Shown one piece after another: positions 34,486 to 46,108 of a stretch of DNA of 59,242 nucleotides. A program made the position numbers and the translations under genes. The notes beneath the pieces were generated by a model. The model saw nothing but the letters and a program-made list of their open reading frames with translations. It searched no databases and had not been told where the DNA came from. The DNA lies in NCBI GenBank assembly GCA_050486185.1, contig JBJHCT010000004.1:1-59242 (forward strand), in the 5' to 3' direction. Within the stretch, counting starts at the first letter, position 1, and each line of letters begins with the position of its first letter. The stretch is from Candidatus Saccharimonadota bacterium. Its GTDB lineage: Bacteria; Patescibacteriota; Saccharimonadia; QS-5-54-17.

Positions 34486-36150
34486 ATGAAAGAAGATATT
34501 CAACAAATATATTTAGACGCTGACGATGATATCGTCGGTATTATCAGCAAGATAGAATCTGCTGGTGATAGTGGTATTGCTTTGGTTCCACCGAATAGAT
34601 CGACCGTTCTTCAAAGCGTGGTCAACCTCAAACTCTTACGTAAGGCCGCTAAAGAGGCAGACAAAAAGCTAGTTATTATCACTAAAGATCCAAATGTTTT
34701 AAACGCAGCCTCACAGCTAAAAATATTAATAGCTGCCAATTTAGACGATGAGCCACAGGTACCAGAAGCCAAGGGGTCTAATCAAAGTCTTCCTAGTAGC
34801 GTTATCGATGGTTCACAGATTAGCGATAGTGATTTCGATGTGGCCGATAGTGCTACGTCAAAACTAGATGATGGTGAAGAGGGTAAAAAATCTAAGAACA
34901 AGAAGTCGAAAAGATTTAAAGCCGGTAAAGATAAAAGTGTTCCTGACTTTGATAGGTTCAAGAAAATCATCATACTCTCAGTATTAGGTATCATTTTATT
35001 AGGACTAGGAGTTTGGGGATTGCTTGGATTATTACCATCAGCTGATGTACATATCGATGGCCGTACCCAAAACGTTAGTACCGATTTTGATATGAACCTA
35101 GATACGGAAGTAGATGAGTCTGATATCGAAGAGTCTGTATTAGCAGCTCAAGTGCGCGAGATTAGTCGCACTCTAACTACTGATTTTGAAGCTACTGGTG
35201 AGAAGACGGTGGGTGAAAAAGCGACGGGAGAGATCTCGCTTGTGAATTGCTACACTAATCCTAGTGAGACCATACCGGCAGGTACTAATATTACTGGGCC
35301 AGAAGGACTGGTGTATGTAACTAATCAAACGGTAGAAGTGCCTTTCAGTAGCTATTCTCAAGGAGAATGTGAGCACGACAGTACAGCAACAGTTAACGTG
35401 ACTGCTGATCAGATTGGCCCAGATTACAACAAGGGATCTCAAACTCAATTCTATACAATCAGTGGCTATAACAGTTCTCAGCTATATGGCATAGGTAGTG
35501 CCATGAGTGGCGGTAGCGAAGAAGAAGTACCCGTAGTTTCTGCTAGCGACATCGAAGATGCCAAAGAAGAGCTACTAGAAGGTGAACGAGACAATGCTAG
35601 AGAGGAATTAGAATCCCTATTTGATGAGGGTCTATACATAGTAGACAGCTCTTTTATAGAAGATGTTAAAGAAGTCGAATCAAATCCAGAGGAAGGTGAG
35701 GAGGCTGATGAGGCTAGATTGATAATCCAAGTAACCTATAGTCTACTTGCTGTTGATGAAGAAGACCTACTTGATTTAATCGAGTATCAATATATCGCTA
35801 AAACAGATGATGATAGCGGTCTAGTAGCTATAGATCACGGCCTAGAATCAGTAAACATTACTACTACCAGTGAAGACAACCAATTTAGAGTTAGAGCCTC
35901 TGGAATTTTAGGTCCAGACCTTGATTTAGAGACCTTGCAAGAAACTCTGGCCGGCATGGCTTATGTAGAGGCTATTGAATATATAGAGTCAAGAGCTAAT
36001 GTAACTAGAGCGCAAATAGATATATCGCCGTTCTGGGCTTCATCACTACCAAAGAATCCTGAAAAGATTAATATAGATTTTAATATCGATGGGCTTGACG
36101 AGGATGAGGATATTGAAGAGGAAGACTCTGAAGAAGACGGCGAGTCTTAG
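34486..36150 (+). CDS. Hypothetical single-pass membrane protein with an acidic C-terminal tail
   Basis: 554-aa ORF starting 6 nt after ftsA. TM helix 'IIILSVLGIILLGLGVWGLLGLL'. The tail is rich in Asp/Glu (DEDEDIEEEDSEEDGES). No recognised domain. Confidence 0.5.
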   Translation: MKEDIQQIYLDADDDIVGIISKIESAGDSGIALVPPNRSTVLQSVVNLKLLRKAAKEADKKLVIITKDPNVLNAASQLKILIAANLDDEPQVPEAKGSNQSLPSSVIDGSQISDSDFDVADSATSKLDDGEEGKKSKNKKSKRFKAGKDKSVPDFDRFKKIIILSVLGIILLGLGVWGLLGLLPSADVHIDGRTQNVSTDFDMNLDTEVDESDIEESVLAAQVREISRTLTTDFEATGEKTVGEKATGEISLVNCYTNPSETIPAGTNITGPEGLVYVTNQTVEVPFSSYSQGECEHDSTATVNVTADQIGPDYNKGSQTQFYTISGYNSSQLYGIGSAMSGGSEEEVPVVSASDIEDAKEELLEGERDNAREELESLFDEGLYIVDSSFIEDVKEVESNPEEGEEADEARLIIQVTYSLLAVDEEDLLDLIEYQYIAKTDDDSGLVAIDHGLESVNITTTSEDNQFRVRASGILGPDLDLETLQETLAGMAYVEAIEYIESRANVTRAQIDISPFWASSLPKNPEKINIDFNIDGLDEDEDIEEEDSEEDGES

Positions 36151-36168
36151 GATAGATGGGGAGTTGGT

Positions 36169-36561
36169 ATGCGTAAATTCTTAGGGATTGATTGGGGAGG
36201 TAGTAACATTGGCCTAGCTGTAGGTAATGATATAGCCAAGATGGCCTCGCCGCTTAAGAAGCTAGATAATAACGATGAAGCTCTAGAGGATATAGCTGAT
36301 ATAGCTAAAACTGAAGAAGTCGAGGCTATAGTAGTTGGTCTGCCGCGTAATCTAGCTGGTGAGGAAACAGCTCAATCAGCTACTATACGGGTATTTGCCC
36401 TTGAGCTAACAAATCAGGTAGAATGTGAGGTGTTGTTGCAAGATGAGACGCTGAGCACTAAGTTGGCTCAAACTCTTAAATCTAAGTTTCCCGATGCCGA
36501 TGAAGACTCCTTAGCAGCAACGATTATACTGCAGGACTATCTAGACAGCCTGCATCAGTAA
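36169..36561 (+). CDS. ruvX: Putative pre-16S rRNA nuclease / Holliday-junction resolvase-like YqgF
   Basis: 'LGIDWGGSNIGLAV' and 'IVVGLPRNLAGEE' motifs; 130 aa. Confidence 0.85.
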   Translation: MRKFLGIDWGGSNIGLAVGNDIAKMASPLKKLDNNDEALEDIADIAKTEEVEAIVVGLPRNLAGEETAQSATIRVFALELTNQVECEVLLQDETLSTKLAQTLKSKFPDADEDSLAATIILQDYLDSLHQ

Positions 36562-36608
36562 AAGTTTTAAATTATAAATTAATTAAAGGGCAGTTACTTC
36601 AATAGTTT

Positions 36609-37805
36609 ATGGATATTAGACCACCTCAACCCCACAAACAACAACCGACTAGGCCGAACCGTCCTAGCAATTCAGCCCCAACCCCACCACAAAACCCTAC
36701 ACCAAAACCTCAACCGACTTCTTTGCCTAGTGATTTGCCAAATATATCTAAGCCAAACGATTTACCCGTTCAGCCTAAAAAGAGCAAAAAAGTATCTAAA
36801 GTCAAGAAATTACTGATTATTTTAGGGATAGTCGGCCTACTTTTAATAAGCGCCGTTGCTGGGGGTTCATACTGGTATAACGTCTCTCAGCAGCCTCTTA
36901 GCCAACAAGAACAAGAAGATGTGTATATCAGTATAGAGTCAGGTATGTCTTCGGCTGCCATAGCTAGATTGCTAGAGGATGAGGGTGTGGTGCGTAGCGC
37001 CTTAGCGTTTCGTTTGCAAACTCGCTTGATGGGAGTAGCTCACCAAATTCAGGCCGGTTTCTACGCCCTATCACCCAATCAATCGTTAGAGGAGGTGATA
37101 GATATATTGACCAACGGATCAACAGCTAGCGCGATCATTAGAATTCCTAGTGGCACCACCTTGGCTGCTGTAGTTGATGTTTTCTCAGCAGCTGGGTTTA
37201 GTGGTAGTGAGGCTCATGCAGCTCTAGCAGCTGATTATGACTACTCGATATTAGCAGATAGACCCGAGGGCAGCTCTTTAGAGGGGTATCTTTTTCCTGA
37301 TACCTACCATATTGCCGCTAATGCTACAGCTGAGGAGTTAGTTGAGACGATTTTAGCTAATACAGAGGAGAAGATTACAGCCGACATTATAGGTAGCTGG
37401 AGTAATATGGGCTTAAGCATCCATGAAGGTTTAACACTAGCTTCGATAGTTCACAAAGAGTCACCAGTTGAAGATATGCCGGCTATTGCAGGAGTATTTT
37501 GGAATCGAATTAATACCGGAATGAAGCTACAGTCTGATGCTACAGTTAACTACGCCCTAGGAACTAGTAGCTTGCAACCATCGATTGCTGATACTGAATT
37601 TGTGCATCCATACAACACTTACAGGATAGATGGTCTACCTCCAGGGCCGATAGGTAGCCCAGAATTAGATGCTATTTTAGCTAGTGCTAATCCTAGCGAT
37701 CATGATTGGTATTTCTTCTTACACACCCCAGATGAAGAAACTGTATTCGCTAAAACCTTTGAAGAACATGACGCTAATAGGGTCCGTTACCTAGACGGAC
37801 AGTAG
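36609..37805 (+). CDS. mltG: Endolytic peptidoglycan transglycosylase (YceG/MltG family) with a Pro-rich N-terminal extension
   Basis: TM anchor, 'ASIVHKES', 'GVFWNRI..GMKLQSDATV.Y', 'YNTY...GLPPGPIGSP'. Confidence 0.85.
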   Translation: MDIRPPQPHKQQPTRPNRPSNSAPTPPQNPTPKPQPTSLPSDLPNISKPNDLPVQPKKSKKVSKVKKLLIILGIVGLLLISAVAGGSYWYNVSQQPLSQQEQEDVYISIESGMSSAAIARLLEDEGVVRSALAFRLQTRLMGVAHQIQAGFYALSPNQSLEEVIDILTNGSTASAIIRIPSGTTLAAVVDVFSAAGFSGSEAHAALAADYDYSILADRPEGSSLEGYLFPDTYHIAANATAEELVETILANTEEKITADIIGSWSNMGLSIHEGLTLASIVHKESPVEDMPAIAGVFWNRINTGMKLQSDATVNYALGTSSLQPSIADTEFVHPYNTYRIDGLPPGPIGSPELDAILASANPSDHDWYFFLHTPDEETVFAKTFEEHDANRVRYLDGQ

Positions 37806-37963
37806 TAGATTAGCAGGCGTATAAACCAATATTAATGGGGTAAATGGCTCTACTAAGGTAAAAAGTAGATAATTACTATATTAAAATACAGAATTTACTA
37901 TTAGTCAAAATAATTACGCTTATAGAGTTATTTTTTTGGCATATTGAAGCCATAATATCTATA

Positions 37964-37992
37964 TTGACACAGGGCTTATGGCTTGATAGGAT
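37964..37992 (+). promoter_or_regulatory. Sigma70-like promoter (TTGACA, 17-nt spacer, TGaTAGGAT extended -10)
   Basis: Read directly. Would give a ~220-nt 5' leader before the LysM/CHAP gene ATG at 38215. Confidence 0.4.
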
Positions 37993-38214
37993 AGTAGCAT
38001 TGCTTATAGGGCTGTGACATCTGTTAATGATGGAGAGTTTTTATAAGTAATTCACCATTCTAGTTCGAGCCTATATATCAAAAATGGTCGTAGGCTATAA
38101 CAGTCAATAACTTAAGGATGAAGAACTGTGGTGACTCTAATTTGGTAACAGATTAGATAGGAGATAGTTATTAGTACCAAGCAGGCGACGGAGTATCTGC
38201 TAGCACAGTCTAGT

Positions 38215-39336
38215 ATGGCTCAGAACCGGTTTTATAACCTCAAGCGCACTGCAGAAACTACCTTAGGCCGCGTAAGCGCGCGCCTATTTAATGTGTTGGT
38301 GGTAGCCTCAATAATAGCTTTAGTGGCCTTAAGTGGTCCTATGTCAGCTATTGATGTGAGAGAGAATTCAGCTAGGGTATTAGCTAGTGCTAGTGGGGCC
38401 ACTAACGGCAACCTAGATTCTACTACTTCTACTTTTGTAGCTGCCAATATTGCTAGCGGTCTAGGTATAGTTGGAGCTGATGATATTACTGCTAGAAGTG
38501 AATCTATTAGCAGTGGATCACAGCTAATATCTAGCGATAGTGCTTATATGCGTAAAGCTTCAGCTGTAGCTACTGAGACTATTACACGTGATGATATTGT
38601 GACTTATACAGTTAAGTCTGGTGATAGTATTTCCGATATAGCTCGTAAGTTCGGTATTACTTCTAATACTGTACGTTGGGCCAATAATATACCTGTTGGT
38701 GGTGGTGTTAATGTCGGTGATAAATTAACCATACTACCTATTAACGGTGTGTTACACACAGTAGCTAGCGGCGATACACCAGAAAAACTAGCCAAAGAGT
38801 ATGAAGCTAATGCTGCTTTAATTATTAGCTTCAACGATGCCGAAGTTACTGGATTGGTTAAGGGCCAGAAGGTTGTTATACCAGACGGTGTTAAGGATGA
38901 GCCGGCTTACAACCCAACTGCTGGATACTTTGCTAGTACCTTTGTACCGACGATAGTGTCTTCAGGATCCTATAGCTATGAAAGGCTACCTAGCCCACCC
39001 TTCTTTAATAACAGCTATTTCATGGGTCAGTGTACATGGTGGGCGCACTACAGAGCTAATCAGCTAGGTAACCCTGTACCTAGAAATCTAGGTAATGCTA
39101 ATCAATGGGTTGGTTCTAGGACACGACCTGTAGTAGGTGCTGTTGCCCAGAACTACCACGGAGGTTTTGGTTTCGGACATGTAGCAGTAGTTGAGGCTGT
39201 TTCAGAGGACGGCACAATGATTAAGTATTCTGACATGAACGGTTTAGCTGGATCGAGCGTATTTGGAGCTAACATCCCAGCTATAACGACCGAGTGGGTA
39301 CCTGCCTCTCACTTTAGTAGTTACTTAGTATTCTAA
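38215..39336 (+). CDS. Secreted peptidoglycan hydrolase: 2x LysM plus C-terminal CHAP domain
   Basis: TM/signal anchor. LysM repeats 'YTVKSGDSISDIARKFGITSNTVRWAN' and 'HTVASGDTPEKLAKEYEANAALIISFN'. CHAP-type 'GQCTWWAHYR' (Cys) and 'GHVAVVE' (His). Confidence 0.85.
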   Translation: MAQNRFYNLKRTAETTLGRVSARLFNVLVVASIIALVALSGPMSAIDVRENSARVLASASGATNGNLDSTTSTFVAANIASGLGIVGADDITARSESISSGSQLISSDSAYMRKASAVATETITRDDIVTYTVKSGDSISDIARKFGITSNTVRWANNIPVGGGVNVGDKLTILPINGVLHTVASGDTPEKLAKEYEANAALIISFNDAEVTGLVKGQKVVIPDGVKDEPAYNPTAGYFASTFVPTIVSSGSYSYERLPSPPFFNNSYFMGQCTWWAHYRANQLGNPVPRNLGNANQWVGSRTRPVVGAVAQNYHGGFGFGHVAVVEAVSEDGTMIKYSDMNGLAGSSVFGANIPAITTEWVPASHFSSYLVF

Positions 39337-39364
39337 GACAAGCTAAGAGTAGTAGGCCTCGACC

Positions 39365-39384
39365 ACAAACTCTCGACAGTTTGT
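39365..39384 (+). terminator. Hairpin after the CHAP gene (ACAAACT-ctcgac-AGTTTGT)
   Basis: 7-bp perfect inverted repeat 28 nt after the stop. Weak T content downstream. Confidence 0.3.
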
Positions 39385-39405
39385 TAGATAACATATATCC
39401 TATAA

Positions 39406-40680
<1,275 letters not shown>

Positions 40681-40725
40681 CTTAGAGTATTTACAAACAT
40701 CTACATTTATTTTTAAATAGAGTTG

Positions 40726-41355
40726 ATGAATCGTAATATCAAACACGATCAGCGAGTAGACACCCTGGGCAATACCGGCATGTCGGTATTTAGGAGTGTT
40801 GAAGAGGCTCAGTCCATCCCAATATCTCTAGATGTTAATCAAAGCTTGCAAGATGTTCCGGGTGTAGTAGTTCGTGGTCTTGGCCCAGAGAAACCCCTAG
40901 CTGCTAATATCTTATCTCTCAGAGAGGTTCGTAATTCTAGACCAATTGGTCGTTTAGCAGTTAGTGAAGCCCTGGATGAGGTATACGAAGAACTAACTGA
41001 TTTAAGAAGGGGTTATTGGGTTGAAATCGAGGATGTCGATTTCATACGCACCAACATCCGCAACTATATAGCTCTGATATTGAATAGGGATAGAATTGCT
41101 CAAGAAAGACAAGAAATTGCTGATGTTCTTAGGCGCTTATCAGATGTGCCAGTTGAAGAAAGTTTAGGGCTTCAACGGTACACCCCCCATATTAGTATTT
41201 GCAGCGTTTCAGCTAATACGGGTTCGAGAGTAAAGGAGTGGGCCAGGAGGGCTGTAGCGGATAACATTTCAGAGAGAGGCTTAGAACTTAAACGGGCCAC
41301 CCTATATACTCCCCCAAGACGCCATACCACCAAACAGTTCCAAACTATCAAGTAA
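40726..41355 (+). CDS. Hypothetical protein
   Basis: 209-aa ORF with start taken at the ATG after the TTG. No recognised domain. Confidence 0.45.
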   Translation: MNRNIKHDQRVDTLGNTGMSVFRSVEEAQSIPISLDVNQSLQDVPGVVVRGLGPEKPLAANILSLREVRNSRPIGRLAVSEALDEVYEELTDLRRGYWVEIEDVDFIRTNIRNYIALILNRDRIAQERQEIADVLRRLSDVPVEESLGLQRYTPHISICSVSANTGSRVKEWARRAVADNISERGLELKRATLYTPPRRHTTKQFQTIK

Positions 41356-41443
41356 CAGCTTATTTTAAAAGGTCTAAACCAAAGCTAAACCCTGTTTAAC
41401 ATTACTGGTCTAAAACCGCTTTTCACGGTATAATAGCTGGTTG

Positions 41444-44269
41444 ATGAAAAATAGTGAAAACGTGATCAGTGTTCGTGGTGCCAGAGAACATAACCTCAAG
41501 GATGTTAGTTTAGATTTACCGCGAGATAAGATGATAGTTATTACTGGCCTTAGTGGTTCGGGCAAATCTTCTTTGGCTTTTGATACTATCTATGCAGAAG
41601 GCCAAAGACGTTATGTCGAGTCGCTGAGTTCGTATGCTCGTCAATTCTTGGGCATGATGGAAAAACCTGACGTCGATCAGATTGATGGGCTGTCACCAGC
41701 TATCTCAATCGACCAAAAATCTACTAGTCGCAATCCACGCTCAACTGTAGCTACAGTTACAGAAATATATGACTATCTAAGGCTGCTGTTTGCACGGATT
41801 GGCACTCCTCACTGTCCAGTTTGTGGTAGTGAGGTCTCCAAACAGTCTTCTGCTCAGATAGTTGATTCTATCTTAAAAACCAACCAAAAGGCCCGTATAT
41901 TACTTCTAGCCCCAATAGTGATTGATCGCAAAGGTGAATTTCGCCATATACCCCAGGAGTTGAAAGCAACCGGCTTTGCTAGAGTTAGGGTCGATGGAGT
42001 AGTCTATGATGTCGATGAGTTCCCTAAGCTTGATAAAAAGTACAAGCACAGCATAGATGTAGTTGTCGATCGTTTAGTAGTTGATGAGGATGTCACAGCT
42101 AGGTTAGCCGAATCGGTAGAACAGGCATTGGATCTAGCTGATGGCACTATTCAGGTTGTTGACGTAGGTAGCGATAGTACGCATACGTATAGCAACCGCT
42201 TTGCTTGCGTTAAGCATCCAGAAGCTCCGATTATAGATATGGCGCCTAGGAGTTTTTCCTTCAACTCACCACATGGAGCTTGCCCTCACTGTATGGGACT
42301 AGGTATGAAGATGGAGATAGATCCTAGTTTAATCATACCCAATGAGAGATTAACTATAGCTGAAGGAGCTATCAGGCCCTGGGCTTGGGGTAGACAGGAT
42401 GCTTGGTATCAAAAGCGATTGCAGGCAGTAGCAGATAACAAGGGTTTTTCTGTGGATATACCATGGAAAGATCTACCGGAGGAAGTTAAACAGCTGATTT
42501 TGTTTGGTGCTGATGAAGACGAGCGTTTTGAGGTTGACATCACCAGTACTGGGCGTAAGTATGAGGCTAGATTTGAGGGAGTGATATCTAACCTAGAGAG
42601 ACGCTACCGTGAAAGTGATTCAGAGTTTTTCAAAAAAGATATCGATAAGTATATGCGGGAGATTGTCTGCCATGTATGTAAAGGCGCTAGATTAAAGCCG
42701 GAAGTACTAGCAGTCACTGTGGCAGATAAATCCATCATTGATATCACTCAAAGTAGTATTGAGAAGGTATCTAAATGGTTTGAAGAGCTGTCGCTCGACA
42801 CACGCCAACAACAGATTGGTCAACAGATATTAAAAGAGATTAGGGAGCGACTGCGTTTTCTTTATGATGTAGGCCTAGGATACTTAACTTTGGATAGAAG
42901 CGCGGCCACCTTAAGTGGGGGTGAAGCTCAGCGTATTCGTTTAGCTACTCAGATCGGTTCTGGGCTGATGGGAGTTTTGTATGTTCTGGATGAACCATCT
43001 ATCGGTTTACATCAAAGAGACAATGATAGATTAATCACTACACTAACTAGGCTGCGAGATCTAGGTAATACAGTCATAGTTGTAGAACATGATGAAGAGA
43101 CTATCCGTATGGCTGATGAGATAGTCGATGTTGGCCCAGGAGCTGGTGAGCATGGTGGTGAGATTATCGTTCAGGGTAGTATCGAGAAGGTTATTGCTAG
43201 TAAAAAGAGTTTAACGGGTCAGTACTTGAGTGGGACAAAAAGCATACCAACCCCAAAGAATCGTCGTAAGGGCAACGGCAAAAGTCTAAAGATCGTTAAA
43301 GCAGCAGCCAACAACCTCAAAAACATTGATGTAGAGTTGCCTTTGGGTACATTTATATCGGTCACTGGAGTATCGGGATCAGGTAAATCAACTTTGATTA
43401 ATGATATCTTGGCTAGGCATTTACATATGCGACTTAATCGAGCTAATGAAGTGCCGGGTAAACATGAGGATATCGAAGGTGTTGATCATTTAGATAAAGC
43501 TATTACTATCACTCAGAGCCCAATTGGTCGTACGCCTAGATCAAATCCGGCCACCTATACCAATGTATTCACCGATATTAGGCAGCTATTTGCCAAGACT
43601 CCAGAAGCGCGCTTGCGTGGCTACAAGCCGGGTCGTTTCAGTTTCAATGTCAAGGGTGGGCGTTGTGAGACTTGTCGGGGCGATGGAGTATTGAAAATCG
43701 AAATGCATTTCTTACCGGATGTCTATATTACTTGCGAAGAATGTAAGGGCCAGAGGTATAACCGCGAGGCTTTAGAGATTCACTACAAAGACAAAACCAT
43801 ATCTGATGTTTTGAATATGACGGTCGATGAAGCGACTGAATTCTTTGCCAATGTACCACGTATTAAATCTAGACTATCTACCCTGCAAAGAGTCGGTCTT
43901 GGCTATATCCGTCTAGGTCAACCGGCTACAACTTTAAGTGGTGGTGAGGCTCAACGCATTAAGCTAGCCTCAGAACTGTCTAAGCGCTCTACCGGCAAGA
44001 CCTTCTATATCTTGGATGAACCGACCACGGGACTACACTTTGCCGATGTTGAAAAGCTTTTGGATGTATTACAGGAACTAGTCTCTAGCGGTAATACCGT
44101 ACTAGTGATTGAACATAACCTAGATGTTATTAAAAATGCTGATTGGCTGATAGATTTAGGTCCAGAAGGTGGTGAGGGTGGAGGAGGAATAGTAGCTAGC
44201 GGTACCCCTGAAGAGGTAGCTAAGAGTAAAGCTTCCTTTACTGGACAGTACCTCAAAAAAGTACTATAA
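41444..44269 (+). CDS. uvrA: Excinuclease ABC subunit A
   Basis: '[10 protein letters not shown]', two Walker A sites 'GLSGSGKSS' and 'GVSGSGKST', Zn modules 'CPVCGS' and '[14 protein letters not shown]', two 'LSGGEAQRI' signatures. Confidence 0.95.
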   Translation: MKNSENVISVRGAREHNLKDVSLDLPRDKMIVITGLSGSGKSSLAFDTIYAEGQRRYVESLSSYARQFLGMMEKPDVDQIDGLSPAISIDQKSTSRNPRSTVATVTEIYDYLRLLFARIGTPHCPVCGSEVSKQSSAQIVDSILKTNQKARILLLAPIVIDRKGEFRHIPQELKATGFARVRVDGVVYDVDEFPKLDKKYKHSIDVVVDRLVVDEDVTARLAESVEQALDLADGTIQVVDVGSDSTHTYSNRFACVKHPEAPIIDMAPRSFSFNSPHGACPHCMGLGMKMEIDPSLIIPNERLTIAEGAIRPWAWGRQDAWYQKRLQAVADNKGFSVDIPWKDLPEEVKQLILFGADEDERFEVDITSTGRKYEARFEGVISNLERRYRESDSEFFKKDIDKYMREIVCHVCKGARLKPEVLAVTVADKSIIDITQSSIEKVSKWFEELSLDTRQQQIGQQILKEIRERLRFLYDVGLGYLTLDRSAATLSGGEAQRIRLATQIGSGLMGVLYVLDEPSIGLHQRDNDRLITTLTRLRDLGNTVIVVEHDEETIRMADEIVDVGPGAGEHGGEIIVQGSIEKVIASKKSLTGQYLSGTKSIPTPKNRRKGNGKSLKIVKAAANNLKNIDVELPLGTFISVTGVSGSGKSTLINDILARHLHMRLNRANEVPGKHEDIEGVDHLDKAITITQSPIGRTPRSNPATYTNVFTDIRQLFAKTPEARLRGYKPGRFSFNVKGGRCETCRGDGVLKIEMHFLPDVYITCEECKGQRYNREALEIHYKDKTISDVLNMTVDEATEFFANVPRIKSRLSTLQRVGLGYIRLGQPATTLSGGEAQRIKLASELSKRSTGKTFYILDEPTTGLHFADVEKLLDVLQELVSSGNTVLVIEHNLDVIKNADWLIDLGPEGGEGGGGIVASGTPEEVAKSKASFTGQYLKKVL

Positions 44270-44278
44270 TATAAGATT

Positions 44279-44689
44279 ATGGTTGATCCCAACCGGTTTG
44301 AAGGTCCTAAGACTGAGATAGATCGTTTTTTAGTAGAGGAGAGAGTAAGGGTAGCCACTGGCTTAATTGCTGTGGGTATTGTTGCTAAATGGGTTGAAGA
44401 TAATCCCGATAGGGATGTTTTGATAAGTCCTGGGGTGTTTGTAGACGTTGATAAAAATATAGATAGAGGTGTTAGTGTAGCTTACGATATTCGTAAGTCG
44501 GTTACAGATGTTGCAGAGGTTGTAGATAGAGCCACCGATAGGGCGATTGAGGTCTTGGGACAGATAGGTTTATGGCATGAAGGAGATAAGTTAGTTCTAC
44601 CTGATTACTTTCAGGGAGAAACTCGGCTTTTTATATCATCCCAAACCTTAGCTCATTTTGAAACACCCCAAGAGGATGTTCAGACCTAA
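44279..44689 (+). CDS. Hypothetical protein
   Basis: 136-aa ORF starting 9 nt after uvrA. No recognised domain. Confidence 0.45.
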   Translation: MVDPNRFEGPKTEIDRFLVEERVRVATGLIAVGIVAKWVEDNPDRDVLISPGVFVDVDKNIDRGVSVAYDIRKSVTDVAEVVDRATDRAIEVLGQIGLWHEGDKLVLPDYFQGETRLFISSQTLAHFETPQEDVQT

Positions 44690-44727
44690 TAAAAACGACC
44701 TTAGATTTAAATGATAAAATAGTTGCT

Positions 44728-45594
44728 ATGCAAAAAGTTATTCTTTACTACAAGTTCGTTCCTGTATCCGATCCAGAGACCGTTAAATTCTGGCAGCGAA
44801 GCTTGTGCGAAAAGCTCAATCTCAGGGGTCGCATCATCGTAGCGGATCACGGTATCAACGGTACGTTAGGTGGCGACATAGATGATCTTAAGACCTACGT
44901 CAAAGAGATGAATCAACACCCTATTTTCAAAGGCATTGAATACAAATGGAGCGATGGATTGGGCGGTGAGTTTCCTCGTTTAAGTGTCAAGGTCCGTCCA
45001 GAACTAGTAACCCTAGCACCAGACGAACAGTTTGATGTACTAAATTCTACCAAAGGCCTAAGACCCAAAGCTTGGCATCAATATATTGAGGATAACCCAG
45101 ATGTTTTAATCTTAGATGCTAGGAATAAATATGAAAGTGACATCGGTGCTTTCAAGGGTAAAAACGTCATTAAACCCCAGATCGATACCTTCAAAGAGAT
45201 TAAAAGTGAGTTAGACAAACTACCAAAAGATCAGCCGGTATTAACTTACTGTACCGGCGATATACGCTGCGAGTACCTAAGTGCTTATATGAAACATAAA
45301 GGCTTTGATGAGGTATACCATCTAGATGGCGGGATAGTGAAATATGGTCAAGAGTTTAAAGACAAGGGGCACTGGCAGGGCAAATGCTTTGTTTTCGATG
45401 GCAGGCTCAATGTGGCTTTCTCAGAAGAAGCAGAAGATATCGGTGAATGCATTTACTGCCAAGAAAACACCAGTAGGCATATTAACTGTGCTAATATGGC
45501 TTGTAACAAGCTAGCTTTGGTATGTGAGGGCTGTGATAGGCAAACGGCTTGCAGTCAGGAGTGTGCTGAAGTGCTCGTAGTTGCTAAAAGCTAA
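44728..45594 (+). CDS. trhO: Rhodanese-domain tRNA uridine(34) hydroxylase (UPF0176/YceA family)
   Basis: 'VILYYKF', 'GRIIVADHGINGT', rhodanese loop 'YCTGDIRCE', C-terminal Cys cluster 'CIYC...CANMAC'. Confidence 0.8.
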   Translation: MQKVILYYKFVPVSDPETVKFWQRSLCEKLNLRGRIIVADHGINGTLGGDIDDLKTYVKEMNQHPIFKGIEYKWSDGLGGEFPRLSVKVRPELVTLAPDEQFDVLNSTKGLRPKAWHQYIEDNPDVLILDARNKYESDIGAFKGKNVIKPQIDTFKEIKSELDKLPKDQPVLTYCTGDIRCEYLSAYMKHKGFDEVYHLDGGIVKYGQEFKDKGHWQGKCFVFDGRLNVAFSEEAEDIGECIYCQENTSRHINCANMACNKLALVCEGCDRQTACSQECAEVLVVAKS

Positions 45595-45635
45595 AACTAT
45601 TTGACATAATTATATAAAATGGTTTAATAAATACA

Positions 45636-46055
45636 ATGGAAACAAGACAAGAAAAAAGAATTAGTAGTTTACGTATAAAGGCGACTGCTATTTTAGGATC
45701 CCTGTCTTTGCTAGCATCTGGGTGTGTAATAGAAAGATCACTTAAGCCATGGGAGGATGAAGTACTGCGTAACCCTGAGGCTATGAGTTCACTAGTCTGT
45801 CCAGAAGATCTTGTAAATAAAGCTGAGGAACTTCGAGCGAGAGTAGATGAGAACACTGGTGAGACTATAGGTCTTTTTCAGGATGTAGCCAAAGAGTACG
45901 AAAATGCTTATCAAAGTATGGTAGAGGCTGGTTTAAACGATCCAGATTGTGATACGGCAGAGTTAATCGGCCAGCTTACTATATCTGGCTATCATGATCC
46001 AGAAAGCGGTAGTAACGGACGAGTGGTTACTACCAGTGATTTCCTGGAGCGATAG
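45636..46055 (+). CDS. Putative lipoprotein
   Basis: Lipobox-like 'LSLLASGC' after a basic N-terminus. No other domain recognised. Confidence 0.5.
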   Translation: METRQEKRISSLRIKATAILGSLSLLASGCVIERSLKPWEDEVLRNPEAMSSLVCPEDLVNKAEELRARVDENTGETIGLFQDVAKEYENAYQSMVEAGLNDPDCDTAELIGQLTISGYHDPESGSNGRVVTTSDFLER

Positions 46056-46108
46056 GCTATATTATATAAATCACCTTAGCTTTCCTAAGTTGATATAATA
46101 AAGCCACC

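Noticed and set aside
37993-38214. ydaO/c-di-AMP riboswitch in the leader of the LysM/CHAP hydrolase gene.
   Set aside because: I could not find the conserved core elements (the GGGGA..CCA, GGGUGAAUC and AGCUAACCUCGUAAGC-like blocks as I recall them). The region is kept only as an unclassified long leader.
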